From Saccharofermentanales bacterium (GTDB taxonomy: Bacteria > Bacillota > Clostridia > Saccharofermentanales > UBA5734): 63,596 bases of DNA. The translations under genes and the position numbers were made by a program. Shown here in pieces: positions 1 to 9,851 of this stretch (positions are counted from its first letter, which is position 1; the number at the start of each line of letters is the position of its first letter). The notes beneath the pieces were generated by a model. It saw only the letters and a list, made by a program, of their open reading frames with translations. It made no database searches and was not told where the DNA came from. The DNA lies in NCBI GenBank assembly GCA_038326615.1, contig JBBQKF010000006.1:1-63596 (forward strand). The letters run 5' to 3'.

Positions 1-31
1 CTGTTCGAAAGAATCCTTTGCTAGAATTTAA

Positions 32-394
32 TCATACGGAAAGGGTGAAAATCCTTCCTTCTGGAGTATCGAGGGAATTAAATTTGAAAAGGCAAAAATT
101 GAAATTTATTTTCGTTTTTCAGAGAGCAAGCATGATAGCATATCTATAAGAAATTGTGACTTTGATGCTTTTACTGATGGGCCTAATGTAACTATGGATG
201 CTGCATCAAAACACCATTTGGTTTACCAAAAGCCTGTTGCTCCAATCGAATCGCAAAACAACGGCAAGAACTCTAATGGTAGACCATCTGGGTTATCTTT
301 TGGAACTTTGATTCTAATTATTGTAATTTCATTAATTGCTTTTGTCAGAATAATGTCATTGTCATATTTCATAACAAGAAAAAAACAGAGTTAA
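32..394 (+). other. 3' fragment of a probable membrane-anchored protein (possibly frameshifted or a pseudogene)
   Basis: The frame of ORF 194..394 is open back to a TAA at 29-31. It ends in a hydrophobic segment followed by RKK. No convincing start is visible. Confidence 0.3.
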
Positions 395-442
395 CAATCC
401 CAAGAATTCTCTTAGGGCTTATTTATAATTTTAAATAAGCTC

Positions 443-1222
443 TTACGGCTTAAAAGTTTTCTCGTTTTTCTTATAAATTAAAAATAGACCGTTTAGCATG
501 AGATCCGCATCATAAATAACCTCTATTTTACAATACGGCGCAATATACTTTGCTAGCCCGCCCGTTACAATTGCTGTCGCCTTCATTCCAATCTCATTTT
601 CTATTCTTTCTATTAAACCATCAATCATTGAAGCATTTCCGTAAGTTATTCCACTGTTCATGCTGTCAATAGTATTTCTTCCAATCACCTTTTTGGGTGC
701 TTCGAGGCTTATTCTAGGAAGCTGGGATGTTTTGCTGGAAAGAGCTTCGAGGGAAATATTGATACCTGGCATAATAATTCCGCCAAGGAAAGTTCCTTTG
801 TCATCAATTACGGAAACTGTTGTAGCAGTTCCTAAATCAAATATAACAATTGGTTTTGCATACTGAGCTATCGCTGCAACAGCAGCAACAACAAGGTCAC
901 TTCCAAGCTGCGCCGGGTTATCAGTCATTATATTCAAACCAGTTTTAAGGCCAGGTCCAACAACCATTGGCTCCTTCTTTGTAACTATGCTAGTAGCTTT
1001 CCTTATAGAATTAGTAAGTGGTGGAACAACAGACGAAATTATTGAACCATCTATTCTCGATGGATCAAAATCATACAGTTCAAGTATACTTTTGAGTTCT
1101 ATTGCATACTGCTCTTCAGTCTTAAGATGATTAGTTGCAAGTCTTGCAATAAAATAAATCTTATCTTCATCAATACACCCAAGTACTATATTAGTATTTC
1201 CAACATCTATTGCAAGTATCAT
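443..1222 (-). CDS. coaX: Type III pantothenate kinase
   Basis: N-terminal AIDVGNTNIVLG, plus LGSDLV, DLGTATT and GGIIMPG motifs. Confidence 0.93.
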   Translation of the reverse strand: MILAIDVGNTNIVLGCIDEDKIYFIARLATNHLKTEEQYAIELKSILELYDFDPSRIDGSIISSVVPPLTNSIRKATSIVTKKEPMVVGPGLKTGLNIMTDNPAQLGSDLVVAAVAAIAQYAKPIVIFDLGTATTVSVIDDKGTFLGGIIMPGINISLEALSSKTSQLPRISLEAPKKVIGRNTIDSMNSGITYGNASMIDGLIERIENEIGMKATAIVTGGLAKYIAPYCKIEVIYDADLMLNGLFLIYKKNEKTFKP

Positions 1223-1291
1223 ATGGTCCCCCTAAATTTATTAAGACAGAATTTATATTGGTAAAACTATTTCTCAATGCCGATATGATTT

Positions 1292-2020
1292 CTATTTCTT
1301 AGTTTGTATTTTTGAAATCTGTATTCGTTTCTGTGATACAAGAACAGCTTTACAAACCGCTGTGACAATTATTCCGGCAAGAATCGCTTCAGGTATGCCA
1401 TTTGTAGCAATTAATGCAAATAGAAATTTGTAAAACAAGTCAACTGTCGTTCCTACTAATTTTGAAAAATCACCTGCAAAGAAAAGATAAATAAACCCAA
1501 GAACGAATATTGTATTTGTTAATGCGCCTGCAACGCCAGATACAGCAAGGCTAACAACCTCATTTCCTTTGAAACGTAATAATTTGCTAAGTCCTTTGAA
1601 AACCAGAAAAGGCACAATCCCAACAAGAATTCTTGGCACAAAACAGACAACAAGGCTCCATGCATTACCTTGAAAAGCACCAACAGAATAAAATGGAGAG
1701 AACGCAAATGATGATGCATCTGGCAAAAATGTTGCATTTAGAAGGCTTGTCATTCCAAAGACAAACCCAAGGAATGCTCCATAACGCGGGCCTAATAAAA
1801 TACTGCCTACAATTACAGGTATATGAATAATTGTTAATGCCGTTAACCCGATTCTTATGAACCCAAGCGGAGTGAAGGCAAAAAGAATAATGACAGCCAT
1901 TAGAAATGCTGCTGATACTAGGTCTCTTACTTTGATACGGGATTTGGTAACTGAATCATTGAGATTTGACAACTGAACTTTTGAGTCAAAAGACTCCTGA
2001 CTAAAATTGGTGTTTTCCAT
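1292..2020 (-). CDS. panT: ECF transporter S component, pantothenate-type
   Basis: Hydrophobic protein with TIIHIPVIVGSILLGP and TNGIPEA motifs; directly upstream of coaX. Confidence 0.75.
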   Translation of the reverse strand: MENTNFSQESFDSKVQLSNLNDSVTKSRIKVRDLVSAAFLMAVIILFAFTPLGFIRIGLTALTIIHIPVIVGSILLGPRYGAFLGFVFGMTSLLNATFLPDASSFAFSPFYSVGAFQGNAWSLVVCFVPRILVGIVPFLVFKGLSKLLRFKGNEVVSLAVSGVAGALTNTIFVLGFIYLFFAGDFSKLVGTTVDLFYKFLFALIATNGIPEAILAGIIVTAVCKAVLVSQKRIQISKIQTKK

Positions 2021-2037
2021 AAATTTTCCTCCTGCTA

Positions 2038-2074
2038 CTGTTCCTTCTCAAACATGTCGAGATTCGGATACAAT
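2038..2074 (-). promoter_or_regulatory. Bulged hairpin in the panT-coaX leader (pan RNA motif-like)
   Basis: TTGTATCCGAATCTC-GACATGTTT-GAGAAGGAACAG stem with bulged A residues, just before the RBS. Confidence 0.45.
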
Positions 2075-2091
2075 GCTAATTTGATAATGTT

Positions 2092-2120
2092 ATAGTACGA
2101 TTTTATTCTTTTCATGTCAA
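2092..2120 (-). promoter_or_regulatory. Sigma-A promoter of panT-coaX
   Basis: TTGACA-17 bp-TACTAT on the minus strand. Confidence 0.6.
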
Positions 2121-2206
2121 CGCTTTTAAACAAATAGGCAATAAACAGTAAAAATACGTAATATAATTGCTGTTTTTACTCATTATTACAACAATATTCG
2201 GTCGCA

Positions 2207-2248
2207 AAAAGCACCGGCATTCTAAAATTTTAGAATGCCGGTGCTTTT
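2207..2248 (-). terminator. Rho-independent terminator of sugar ABC operon 1
   Basis: Perfect 42-bp palindrome AAAAGCACCGGCATTCTAAAA/TTTTAGAATGCCGGTGCTTTT immediately after the binding-protein stop. Confidence 0.85.
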
Positions 2249-2259
2249 GAGGAGGAGAA

Positions 2260-3354
2260 TTAATAGTTAAACTGATCAACATTCGTTTTATCAAATATGA
2301 GTGCTGGTCCAAGTACTACCATTTTGTCTTTTATGTCTCTTGCGCCAAGTCTGCCGGCTGTAAATGTTGTTGAGGAAGCTGTAATTGTTCCTTTTGACAT
2401 TTGATAAGCAGCCTGGATTGAAAGATATCCGAGGTCCATACAATTCCACAAAACGCCTGCATCGAATGGATTGTTATCATTTTTGATATACGCTTTAAGT
2501 CCATTCGGTGTCCCTAAACCAGTCATTGTTATTTTAGTAGGATCTGGTTTAGTTGCTGCTGCCTCATATTGTGAACCGAGAGCAGGTGCTGCCATTGAAG
2601 TTAATGCGATTGCAGCTTGAATTTGTGTTGCTCCAGGGCCCATTCTTCCGATTAGTGTTCCGCATTGTGTCTGTGTTGCTGTTTCATCAGCACCTGGATA
2701 ATAAACGTCAGTTGCTTCGTTTGCAATTTTCATCCAGCTGTAATCTGATGTTGCAAGTAATTTTTTAATTTCTGCAAGCCATGCTTGTTGGTTTGCATCT
2801 GTTTTAGCGGAAGAAACAACACCTAAATTAACTGATTTACTTGGGCCATAGCCTTTTGCAATTAATTTTTTAGCTGCGCCATCAACTAGTCCAAATGCAA
2901 CGCCTTCAGCTACAACCTGATTAATAAACAAGTCTCTTGCATCTGTTTGTGCATCTGCATCAAATGTCAAAACTTTAATTCCCTTGGATTGAGCTTTTTT
3001 GAGTGTTGTTGCAATAGCAGTAGGATCATTTGGCGAAACAAGAATAACATTAACTTTCTGTGCTATCCAGCCTTCGAGAATATCAACTTGTTTTTGGTTT
3101 GTAGCTTGATCCTGTGGTGGCCCATCATAAATAAATTCGATTTTAACTCCATCTTTGTTCATTTCGTCGACAGCTTCTTGTGCTCCTGTTTTAACTGCAT
3201 CAAAGTAGTTTTCCCCCTTGAATTTAGGAAGCATCGCGATTTTGATAGCACCGCTGCTAGTTTTGCTACAGCTGATCATGAGAGCGGATGGCACTAACAT
3301 TAGTACAACCAATGTAAAAGCCAAAATTCGTGAGACCATTTTCCCTTTTTTCAT
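2260..3354 (-). CDS. Monosaccharide ABC transporter substrate-binding lipoprotein (RhaS/LsrB-like)
   Basis: Signal peptide with Cys; IAMLPKFKGENYF, VLTFDAD and LWNCMDLGY motifs resemble rhamnose/AI-2-type binding proteins. Confidence 0.8.
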   Translation of the reverse strand: MKKGKMVSRILAFTLVVLMLVPSALMISCSKTSSGAIKIAMLPKFKGENYFDAVKTGAQEAVDEMNKDGVKIEFIYDGPPQDQATNQKQVDILEGWIAQKVNVILVSPNDPTAIATTLKKAQSKGIKVLTFDADAQTDARDLFINQVVAEGVAFGLVDGAAKKLIAKGYGPSKSVNLGVVSSAKTDANQQAWLAEIKKLLATSDYSWMKIANEATDVYYPGADETATQTQCGTLIGRMGPGATQIQAAIALTSMAAPALGSQYEAAATKPDPTKITMTGLGTPNGLKAYIKNDNNPFDAGVLWNCMDLGYLSIQAAYQMSKGTITASSTTFTAGRLGARDIKDKMVVLGPALIFDKTNVDQFNY

Positions 3355-3533
3355 ACCTTACCTCCAAAATTTTATTTGCCTTTATGGCATGTTCCTATGA
3401 CTTTATGCTGACAGAAAAAGTGCTCTAACTCCCTCTGTTAAACAACCTATATAAATAATTTAAAACCAATATTATTTATCACATCAATATTATCAATAAT
3501 TGAAAAAATATCATCAATTGAAAAGTTAGCAGT

Positions 3534-4538
3534 TTATGTTTTTAATGCTGATGCAACTTCTGTTATTTCACTAGTCTTAACTGCTATTATTCGTTTCATT
3601 TTTGCTCTTTCATTAAGTACACTGTAAACAACAAGGCTTGTAACGAGAACCAATCCATTAACAATAGTCTGCATATCAATTGGAATGTTAAGAACAGTAA
3701 GTCCGCTATTTAATAACGCAATGATTAATGTTGCAAGAATTGTTCCTTTCATGTCTCCATATCCTCCCAAAATGCTTGTGCCGCCTAGAACAATTACTGT
3801 TACAACTTTTAATGCAAGACTCATGCCTGCGTCATACTTTATACTTGTAAACCGTCCAAGCCATATAAGCGCTGCTATTCCACATATTAGTCCGCTCATA
3901 ACATAAATTATTATTTTAACCTTATCGGTGTCAATTCCTGAATATTTAGTTGCACCTTCATTAAGTCCAATTCCTTTGAGTTCTCTTCCTAGAATTCCTT
4001 TAGATAAAATAAGTGTAAAAATTATTGCAAAAACAATATAAATATATATCTGAATTGGTATTCCAAGAAAGTTTGTTGTGCCTAATAATTCTGATATTTT
4101 GTACGAGTAGACACTATCACCTGTTGAGATTCCACGAGCGATTCCAAGATATAGAAACATCGTTGCCAGCGTAGTAACAAGTGGAGAAATTTTTAGTTTA
4201 GAAATAATAATCCCATTTAGAAGTCCACACAACACTCCAGTGGTCAGTGTAATTACAAGACCTGCAATCCCGCTAGATGTCTGTTTTGCAACAATTCCAC
4301 CAACCATAGCAGATAAAACAAGGTTTGATCCTACAGATAAATCAATCCCTCCTGTAATGATTATAAGGGTGACAGGTAAAGCCATGAGACCTATTTCTAC
4401 AATATTTTTTAACATTACTCCTATAAGATAATCCGGAGAAAGGAAAGCCGAATTAAGACTGGCAATCACTATAAATAGAATTATAAAAAGGAAAAGCAAT
4501 GCCATATTGAAGTTAAATTTAATTTTTGGAATTTTCAT
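3534..4538 (-). CDS. Monosaccharide ABC transporter permease
   Basis: ITGGIDLSVGS and VLGGTSILGGYG motifs (RbsC/LsrD family). Confidence 0.9.
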   Translation of the reverse strand: MKIPKIKFNFNMALLFLFIILFIVIASLNSAFLSPDYLIGVMLKNIVEIGLMALPVTLIIITGGIDLSVGSNLVLSAMVGGIVAKQTSSGIAGLVITLTTGVLCGLLNGIIISKLKISPLVTTLATMFLYLGIARGISTGDSVYSYKISELLGTTNFLGIPIQIYIYIVFAIIFTLILSKGILGRELKGIGLNEGATKYSGIDTDKVKIIIYVMSGLICGIAALIWLGRFTSIKYDAGMSLALKVVTVIVLGGTSILGGYGDMKGTILATLIIALLNSGLTVLNIPIDMQTIVNGLVLVTSLVVYSVLNERAKMKRIIAVKTSEITEVASALKT

Positions 4539-4664
4539 TTTTATGCCCTTTCTAGATTGTAAATAAAATATATCTTTGCTCAGTTTTTAGTTTATTTTAA
4601 ATATTTCTTCCATGAGTTTAATCTGTCTAATAATTCATTCCGCAAGATTAGTCTGTTTCAAAAT

Positions 4665-5690
4665 CTATGCCGCAAGATTAGCCATTTTAACTTCTTTAAT
4701 AACCTTTGACTGTTTCTTTTTCATAACAAATCTCGATGCTGCAATTACAACAGATACAATAATTATTACTCCTTGTATTGCATCAGACCAGTCAGGACTT
4801 ATTCCCATATAGTTTATAGCAGGGGATATTATAGAAAGTATAAGCGCACCAAAAACTGTTCCTATCACTTTACCACTCCCTCCTGAAATACTAGTTCCAC
4901 CAAGCACAACCGCTGCGATGAAAGTCATTTCAAGTCCACTGCCCATTGTTGTTGTTACACGTTGACTTGCTGTTGCGATAATTGTACCCGAAACCCCAAA
5001 TAGTGCTCCTGCTATTGCGTATGCAATTACGATTGTCCGATCAACATTAATTCCTGCAAGTCTTGCACCATTTTTATTATTCCCAATTGCATAAAGTTTT
5101 TTTGAAAATTTTGAATATTTCATAAAAAGGATTGATATGATTGTTATCACTAAAACAATTACTATACTAGCTGGTATTATGCCAAATAATTTTGCATCAA
5201 ATGAGAGCCAGGTGAAGCTTCGTGGCAAGTCATAAATCGAACCTTCTACAACAATTGGCAAAATTCCAGTAAAGAGCTGTGTGGTGGCAAGGGTTGCAAC
5301 AATAGCAGGGATTCTAAGTTTAGTTATAAACAATCCATTTACACTGCTTAACAAAGCGCCAGTTATCATTGCTACGGGGAGTAAAACAAGGAGGCTTGCG
5401 CCTGTCTTTCCTACACCTGCAATTGTTATACATACAACTGATATTAATGCGCCTGAAGAAACATCAATGTTTGAAGTTATAATTATCAAATTCATTCCGA
5501 TGGCCGCAACAAGTACATAACTAAAGCGATTGAGGATACTCATGACATTGTTCAATTCGAAAAATCCTTTAGTAAAAAATTGAAGAAAAACTATAATAGC
5601 CAGCAAGAATATTGCTAGAAATAATTCCGTTGTGAAAAACTTTGAAATTTTAAGTTTTGATTTATTGTTTTTTAACATATTAGTAACCAT
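4665..5690 (-). CDS. Monosaccharide ABC transporter permease
   Basis: NIDVSSG, YAIGNNKNGARLAGIN and AAVVLGGTSISGGSG motifs. Confidence 0.9.
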   Translation of the reverse strand: MVTNMLKNNKSKLKISKFFTTELFLAIFLLAIIVFLQFFTKGFFELNNVMSILNRFSYVLVAAIGMNLIIITSNIDVSSGALISVVCITIAGVGKTGASLLVLLPVAMITGALLSSVNGLFITKLRIPAIVATLATTQLFTGILPIVVEGSIYDLPRSFTWLSFDAKLFGIIPASIVIVLVITIISILFMKYSKFSKKLYAIGNNKNGARLAGINVDRTIVIAYAIAGALFGVSGTIIATASQRVTTTMGSGLEMTFIAAVVLGGTSISGGSGKVIGTVFGALILSIISPAINYMGISPDWSDAIQGVIIIVSVVIAASRFVMKKKQSKVIKEVKMANLAA

Positions 5691-5730
5691 GATTGACTCA
5701 AGATAAAATCTTTTAAATCAATCATCCTTC

Positions 5731-7233
5731 CTATTGTATTTCCAAGGCAAGTTTTAGAATTTTTTCCTGCGTTGCTTCACTTCTGTCAAAACACCCTGCA
5801 ATATGGCCTTCTTGCATAACATAAATCCTGTCACACATTCCGAGAAGTTCTGGGAGTTCACTTGAAATCATTATGATTGTCAGCCCTTTTTGGGTGAGTT
5901 CACTAATCATTTTATGAATTTCAGCTTTAGCATTAACGTCAACACCACGAGTCGGTTCATCAAGGATCAATAGCTTTGGATTAAGCGCCAAGGCTTTTGC
6001 AACCGATACTTTTTGTTGATTTCCTCCTGAAAGGTTTGTCACAAGGAATCCTGTATCAGGTGCCTTAATGCCTATCTCCTCAATATACTTTTGGGCTACA
6101 ACGTTTTCTTTAGATTCGTCTAACATTCCAAATTTTGCAAATCGTGAAAGCTGTGGCATGGTTATATTGTTTTTAACACTCATATCAATTACAAGTCCAT
6201 ATTTACCGCGATCTTCAGAGACATAAACAATCCCGTTTTCCATCGCGTCATTGTAATGCTTAATGTTAATTTTCTTGCCTTCAAAAATCAAATCACCACT
6301 TGTTTTCTTAATTAGTCCACATAAAGTCTGTGCAAGTTCTGTTCTGCCAGATCCTGCAAGCCCAGCAAATCCAAGTATTTCACCATGTTTGACATTGAAC
6401 TCAACGTTGTTTAGTAATCCTGATACATATAAGTTTTCGGTTTTCAAAAGCTCTCCACCGATTTCGGTTTTAGTTTTTGGATAATAACTCTCCATGCTTC
6501 TTCCAACCATATCTTTAACTAATGAATCTTTATTCGTTTCGCTAACAATTTTTGTTGAAATATAATTCCCGTCGCGTATTACTGTAACTCGGTCACAAAC
6601 CTGAAATATTTCCTCAAGCCGATGACTGATATATACGATTCCAACTCCCTCTTCTTTCAGTTTTCGTATTATTGTGAATAATGCATCAACTTCACGTTGA
6701 GTAAGGGACGCTGTTGGTTCATCAAGAATTAGAATTTTTGCATCAAATGTGAGAGCTTTAGCTATTTCAATCATTTGTTTTTGCGCCATTCCAAGGGTTT
6801 TGATTTTAACATTAACATCGATTGATGAATTTAATCTCTCAAATATTTTCTTGGCATCTTCTGCCATTTTTTTATAGTCAATTACTGGAATGATACCAAA
6901 TGTTTTTTTTTGTTCTTCATGTCCAAGAAATATGTTCTCGAGAACTGTCATCTCTTCAAAAAGACTTGTTTCCTGATAAATTATAGATACACCTTTCCGA
7001 TACGATTCAAGTGGACTATTAAAGTCCTGCTTCTCGCCATTCAGAAATATTTCACCTTCATTTTGCTTATACACACCAGAAACAACTTTCATCAAAGTGG
7101 ATTTCCCTGCACCGTTTTCTCCACAAATTGCATGAATTTCACCGGGCATTAAATCAAAATTAATTCCACTAAGTGCAAGTACACCAGGAAATGTTTTTAC
7201 TATATTTTTTAGCTCTAGGACTGGTTGGTTCAT
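5731..7233 (-). CDS. Monosaccharide ABC transporter ATP-binding protein (double NBD)
   Basis: GENGAGKST, LDEPT and LSGGNQQK motifs; 500 aa RbsA/MglA type. Confidence 0.93.
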   Translation of the reverse strand: MNQPVLELKNIVKTFPGVLALSGINFDLMPGEIHAICGENGAGKSTLMKVVSGVYKQNEGEIFLNGEKQDFNSPLESYRKGVSIIYQETSLFEEMTVLENIFLGHEEQKKTFGIIPVIDYKKMAEDAKKIFERLNSSIDVNVKIKTLGMAQKQMIEIAKALTFDAKILILDEPTASLTQREVDALFTIIRKLKEEGVGIVYISHRLEEIFQVCDRVTVIRDGNYISTKIVSETNKDSLVKDMVGRSMESYYPKTKTEIGGELLKTENLYVSGLLNNVEFNVKHGEILGFAGLAGSGRTELAQTLCGLIKKTSGDLIFEGKKINIKHYNDAMENGIVYVSEDRGKYGLVIDMSVKNNITMPQLSRFAKFGMLDESKENVVAQKYIEEIGIKAPDTGFLVTNLSGGNQQKVSVAKALALNPKLLILDEPTRGVDVNAKAEIHKMISELTQKGLTIIMISSELPELLGMCDRIYVMQEGHIAGCFDRSEATQEKILKLALEIQ

Positions 7234-8321
7234 GGTTGCCTCCTGATTTTGCCGTACTTTTTTGCTGCATCAAAAAATGCATAAACATTTTCGACTGGTG
7301 TGTCTGGCTGCATATTATGAGCTGGTGCGATTATATATCCTTTTCCACCATTAGTTGCTGCAATACATCTTTTTACTTCTTCTTCAACATCGGCAGTAGT
7401 GCCATGTGGTAGAACATCCTGTACATCGATTGCCCCAAAGAAAATAAGCTTATCTGCATATTGGTTGTAGAGGAGAGACAGTTCCATGCCTTCCGCCATT
7501 GGCTGCAGCGGATTTAAAACATCTAATCCTATCTCAATAAGATCTGGTATTATTGGATTAATCGATCCACACGAATGATAAGCAATTTTGATTTCGGGGT
7601 TTTTTGCTTTAAATACATCAAACATTTTTTTCATTCTGGGCATAAAATGTTCCCGCCACATATCAGGAGATATCATCATTCCCTTTTGCGTTCCTACATC
7701 ATCGCCGGTCCAAATCATATCCACACCAAGTTCAATCATTTTTAATCCACAAAGTGTGCTATACTCAGCGATTCGGTCAAGCAATACAAAGATATAATCT
7801 TCTTCAGTTGCTAAATCCATAATGAATTTTTCCATCCCAACAAGATTCCATGCAAGCTCAAATATGCTGGCTTCCAAATCTCCGATGATTCCATATTGAT
7901 TTTTGTATTCTGAAATGTTTCTGACGGCAAATTCCCAGCGGCCAATATCAAGTGGATTCGGAAATGTATATTTATTTAAATCTTCAATTGATTCACAAAT
8001 AGATAATGGGCGAACAACTGCTTCCGAATAAAGGCCAACTGTTTTATACTCAAGACCCCATTCGTCCCTCACATTGCCATTTTGCAATTTGATTGTTGGG
8101 CTCCCTCGAGTTGCAGCTACGAGTACTGCATCATTCCCTAGTTTCAATAATATATCACGATGAGAAATCCTTGTTGCAAGAAATGAATCTTCCATTTGAA
8201 CATCACAGTGCAACTCGACTGCAAGAAGCTGTGCTAATTGTTCAGTCAGGTTTGCTACAATCGGAACCCGATCAGGACTAAGACCATTTATTGTAGCTAT
8301 AAATCTTTCTTTACTGTTCAT
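7230..8321 (-). CDS. URO-D/MtaA-CmuA superfamily protein (not HemE)
   Basis: MNSKERF...PDRVP start, DEWG, GDDVGTQ...MISP, YHSCG and APAHN motifs. Confidence 0.85.
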   Translation of the reverse strand: MNSKERFIATINGLSPDRVPIVANLTEQLAQLLAVELHCDVQMEDSFLATRISHRDILLKLGNDAVLVAATRGSPTIKLQNGNVRDEWGLEYKTVGLYSEAVVRPLSICESIEDLNKYTFPNPLDIGRWEFAVRNISEYKNQYGIIGDLEASIFELAWNLVGMEKFIMDLATEEDYIFVLLDRIAEYSTLCGLKMIELGVDMIWTGDDVGTQKGMMISPDMWREHFMPRMKKMFDVFKAKNPEIKIAYHSCGSINPIIPDLIEIGLDVLNPLQPMAEGMELSLLYNQYADKLIFFGAIDVQDVLPHGTTADVEEEVKRCIAATNGGKGYIIAPAHNMQPDTPVENVYAFFDAAKKYGKIRRQP

Positions 8322-8387
8322 ATGACCCCCATAAAACCTTAATCAAATTAAATTTCACACCACTTGTCTTGTCTTTTCTATGGCATA

Positions 8388-8451
8388 ATTTTAACACGAC
8401 TGTTTCTTGGAGGGTATATATTATCTAATTTGAATTATGCAAAATCTAATA
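8388..8451 (-). promoter_or_regulatory. Putative AraC/YesN-activated promoter of operon 1
   Basis: Extended -10 TGnTAAAAT at 8388-8396; ATCTAAT direct repeats at 8423 and 8444 (21-bp spacing). Confidence 0.45.
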
Positions 8452-8454
8452 CAT

Positions 8455-9357
8455 TTACAAATTTCTAAACTCTGAGGGGGTCTTCCCTGTTATGTTTTTA
8501 AAAACCCGACTAAAATAGAACTGATCGGCAAAGCCTGTTTGTTCAGCAATATCAGCTATTAAAAGGTCTTTACGTTCTCTTAGCAATGCTTTTGCGCTTG
8601 AAACCTTAAGTGAAATCAAATATTCGTTGTAAGTCATATTTTTTGTTTTTTTAAATATTTTGCTTAAATAGGGCTGACTAATCGCAAATTTTTTGCAGAT
8701 AACTACAATACCATTGTCACAATCCAGATTAATTTTTAGATACTTGTCTATTTCATTGATAATTTTTTCGGCGTTAGTCAAATAATTCTCCGAATAATTA
8801 CCGTTTTTATGATTTTCGTTGTTATGGTTAATTCCATTAATAATTTCCGTATCGTTAACACCTTTAGAGCCGATAGCAATGTCTTTGACATTAACACCTT
8901 TAAAAATGTCCATATCATTCATATCGTTAATGTCTCTGATTAATGAATCGTCAAGTTTCAAAAGTTCTATTTGTTTTCGATTATCAAGCTTCAATGCGAT
9001 CTTGTCTAATAGTTTTAAAACTTTCGCTGGTTCAACTGGCTTAAGTAAATATTCTTCTGCGCCATAAATAAATGCATCGTGAACATAATCAAAATTGTCA
9101 TATCCACTTAATACAACCGATAAAACTTCAATACTGCTATCTGCAATTGTTTTCAAAAGATCAATCCCAGTTTCTCCGGGCATCTTAATATCTGTAAAAA
9201 TAACATCTAGCTTAAGATTCTCTATTTTAATTCTTGCTTGTTTTGCCGAAAACGCTTCCCCCACAATTTCAAATCGAGAATCCTTTTTTATAACTTTCTC
9301 TAGCGTATCCAAAATGGCCGGTTCATCATCAACTAATAGTATTCTATATTCAGACAT
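8455..9357 (-). CDS. YesN-type response regulator (receiver + AraC HTH)
   Basis: LLVDDE, TDIKMPG and YLLKP motifs; C-terminal GFADQFYFSRVFK...TPSEFR. Confidence 0.92.
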   Translation of the reverse strand: MSEYRILLVDDEPAILDTLEKVIKKDSRFEIVGEAFSAKQARIKIENLKLDVIFTDIKMPGETGIDLLKTIADSSIEVLSVVLSGYDNFDYVHDAFIYGAEEYLLKPVEPAKVLKLLDKIALKLDNRKQIELLKLDDSLIRDINDMNDMDIFKGVNVKDIAIGSKGVNDTEIINGINHNNENHKNGNYSENYLTNAEKIINEIDKYLKINLDCDNGIVVICKKFAISQPYLSKIFKKTKNMTYNEYLISLKVSSAKALLRERKDLLIADIAEQTGFADQFYFSRVFKNITGKTPSEFRNL

Positions 9358-9558
9358 TTTTGACGTCCTTTCCTTAATAATTTCTATAATAATACATCCC
9401 TTCTAAAAATTATGAAACACTCATTACAACTTCGAAATTTATTTGAACACCAATTTAAGTTTTCGCATCATTTTTAGTTTCAATTCTAGTATTTTTTTAC
9501 TATTATAGTATTAGTATTCGTTTCTGTCCCTAATCACAAATTAGTATTTGTTTATTCT

Positions 9559-9653
9559 TTAATTTTTGTATTAGTCTTAATTTAGTTAATTTTTGCATTA
9601 GTCTTAATTTAGTTAATTTTTGTATTAGTCTTAATTTAGTTAATTTTTGCATT
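9559..9653. repeat. 27-bp tandem repeat, about 3.5 copies
   Basis: Unit TAATTTTTGYATTAGTCTTAATTTAGT. Confidence 0.9.
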
Positions 9654-9683
9654 GAGATAGTCATGGCCCTATTCTTAGTCATG

Positions 9684-9790
9684 GTCTTAGTCTTAGTCTT
9701 AGTCTTAGTCTTAGTCTTAGTCTTAGTCTTAGTCTTAGTCTTAGTCTTAGTCTTAGTCTTAGTCTTAGTCTTAGTCTTAGTCTTAGTCTT
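9684..9790. repeat. (GTCTTA)n microsatellite, about 18 perfect copies
   Basis: Read directly from the sequence. Confidence 0.97.
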
Positions 9791-9851
9791 CTCTTGATTC
9801 TAACTTTTGGGATACGACTTAGCTCTTTATATGAATTTTATATTTCTATCA

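Noticed and set aside
7230-8321. hemE assignment for this and the other URO-D paralogs
   Set aside because: The RQAGR motif is absent and no tetrapyrrole genes are nearby
9684-9790. Telomere-like repeat made by a reverse transcriptase
   Set aside because: TTAGTC resembles telomeric hexamers, but there is no RT gene or template RNA in the window; slippage is sufficient
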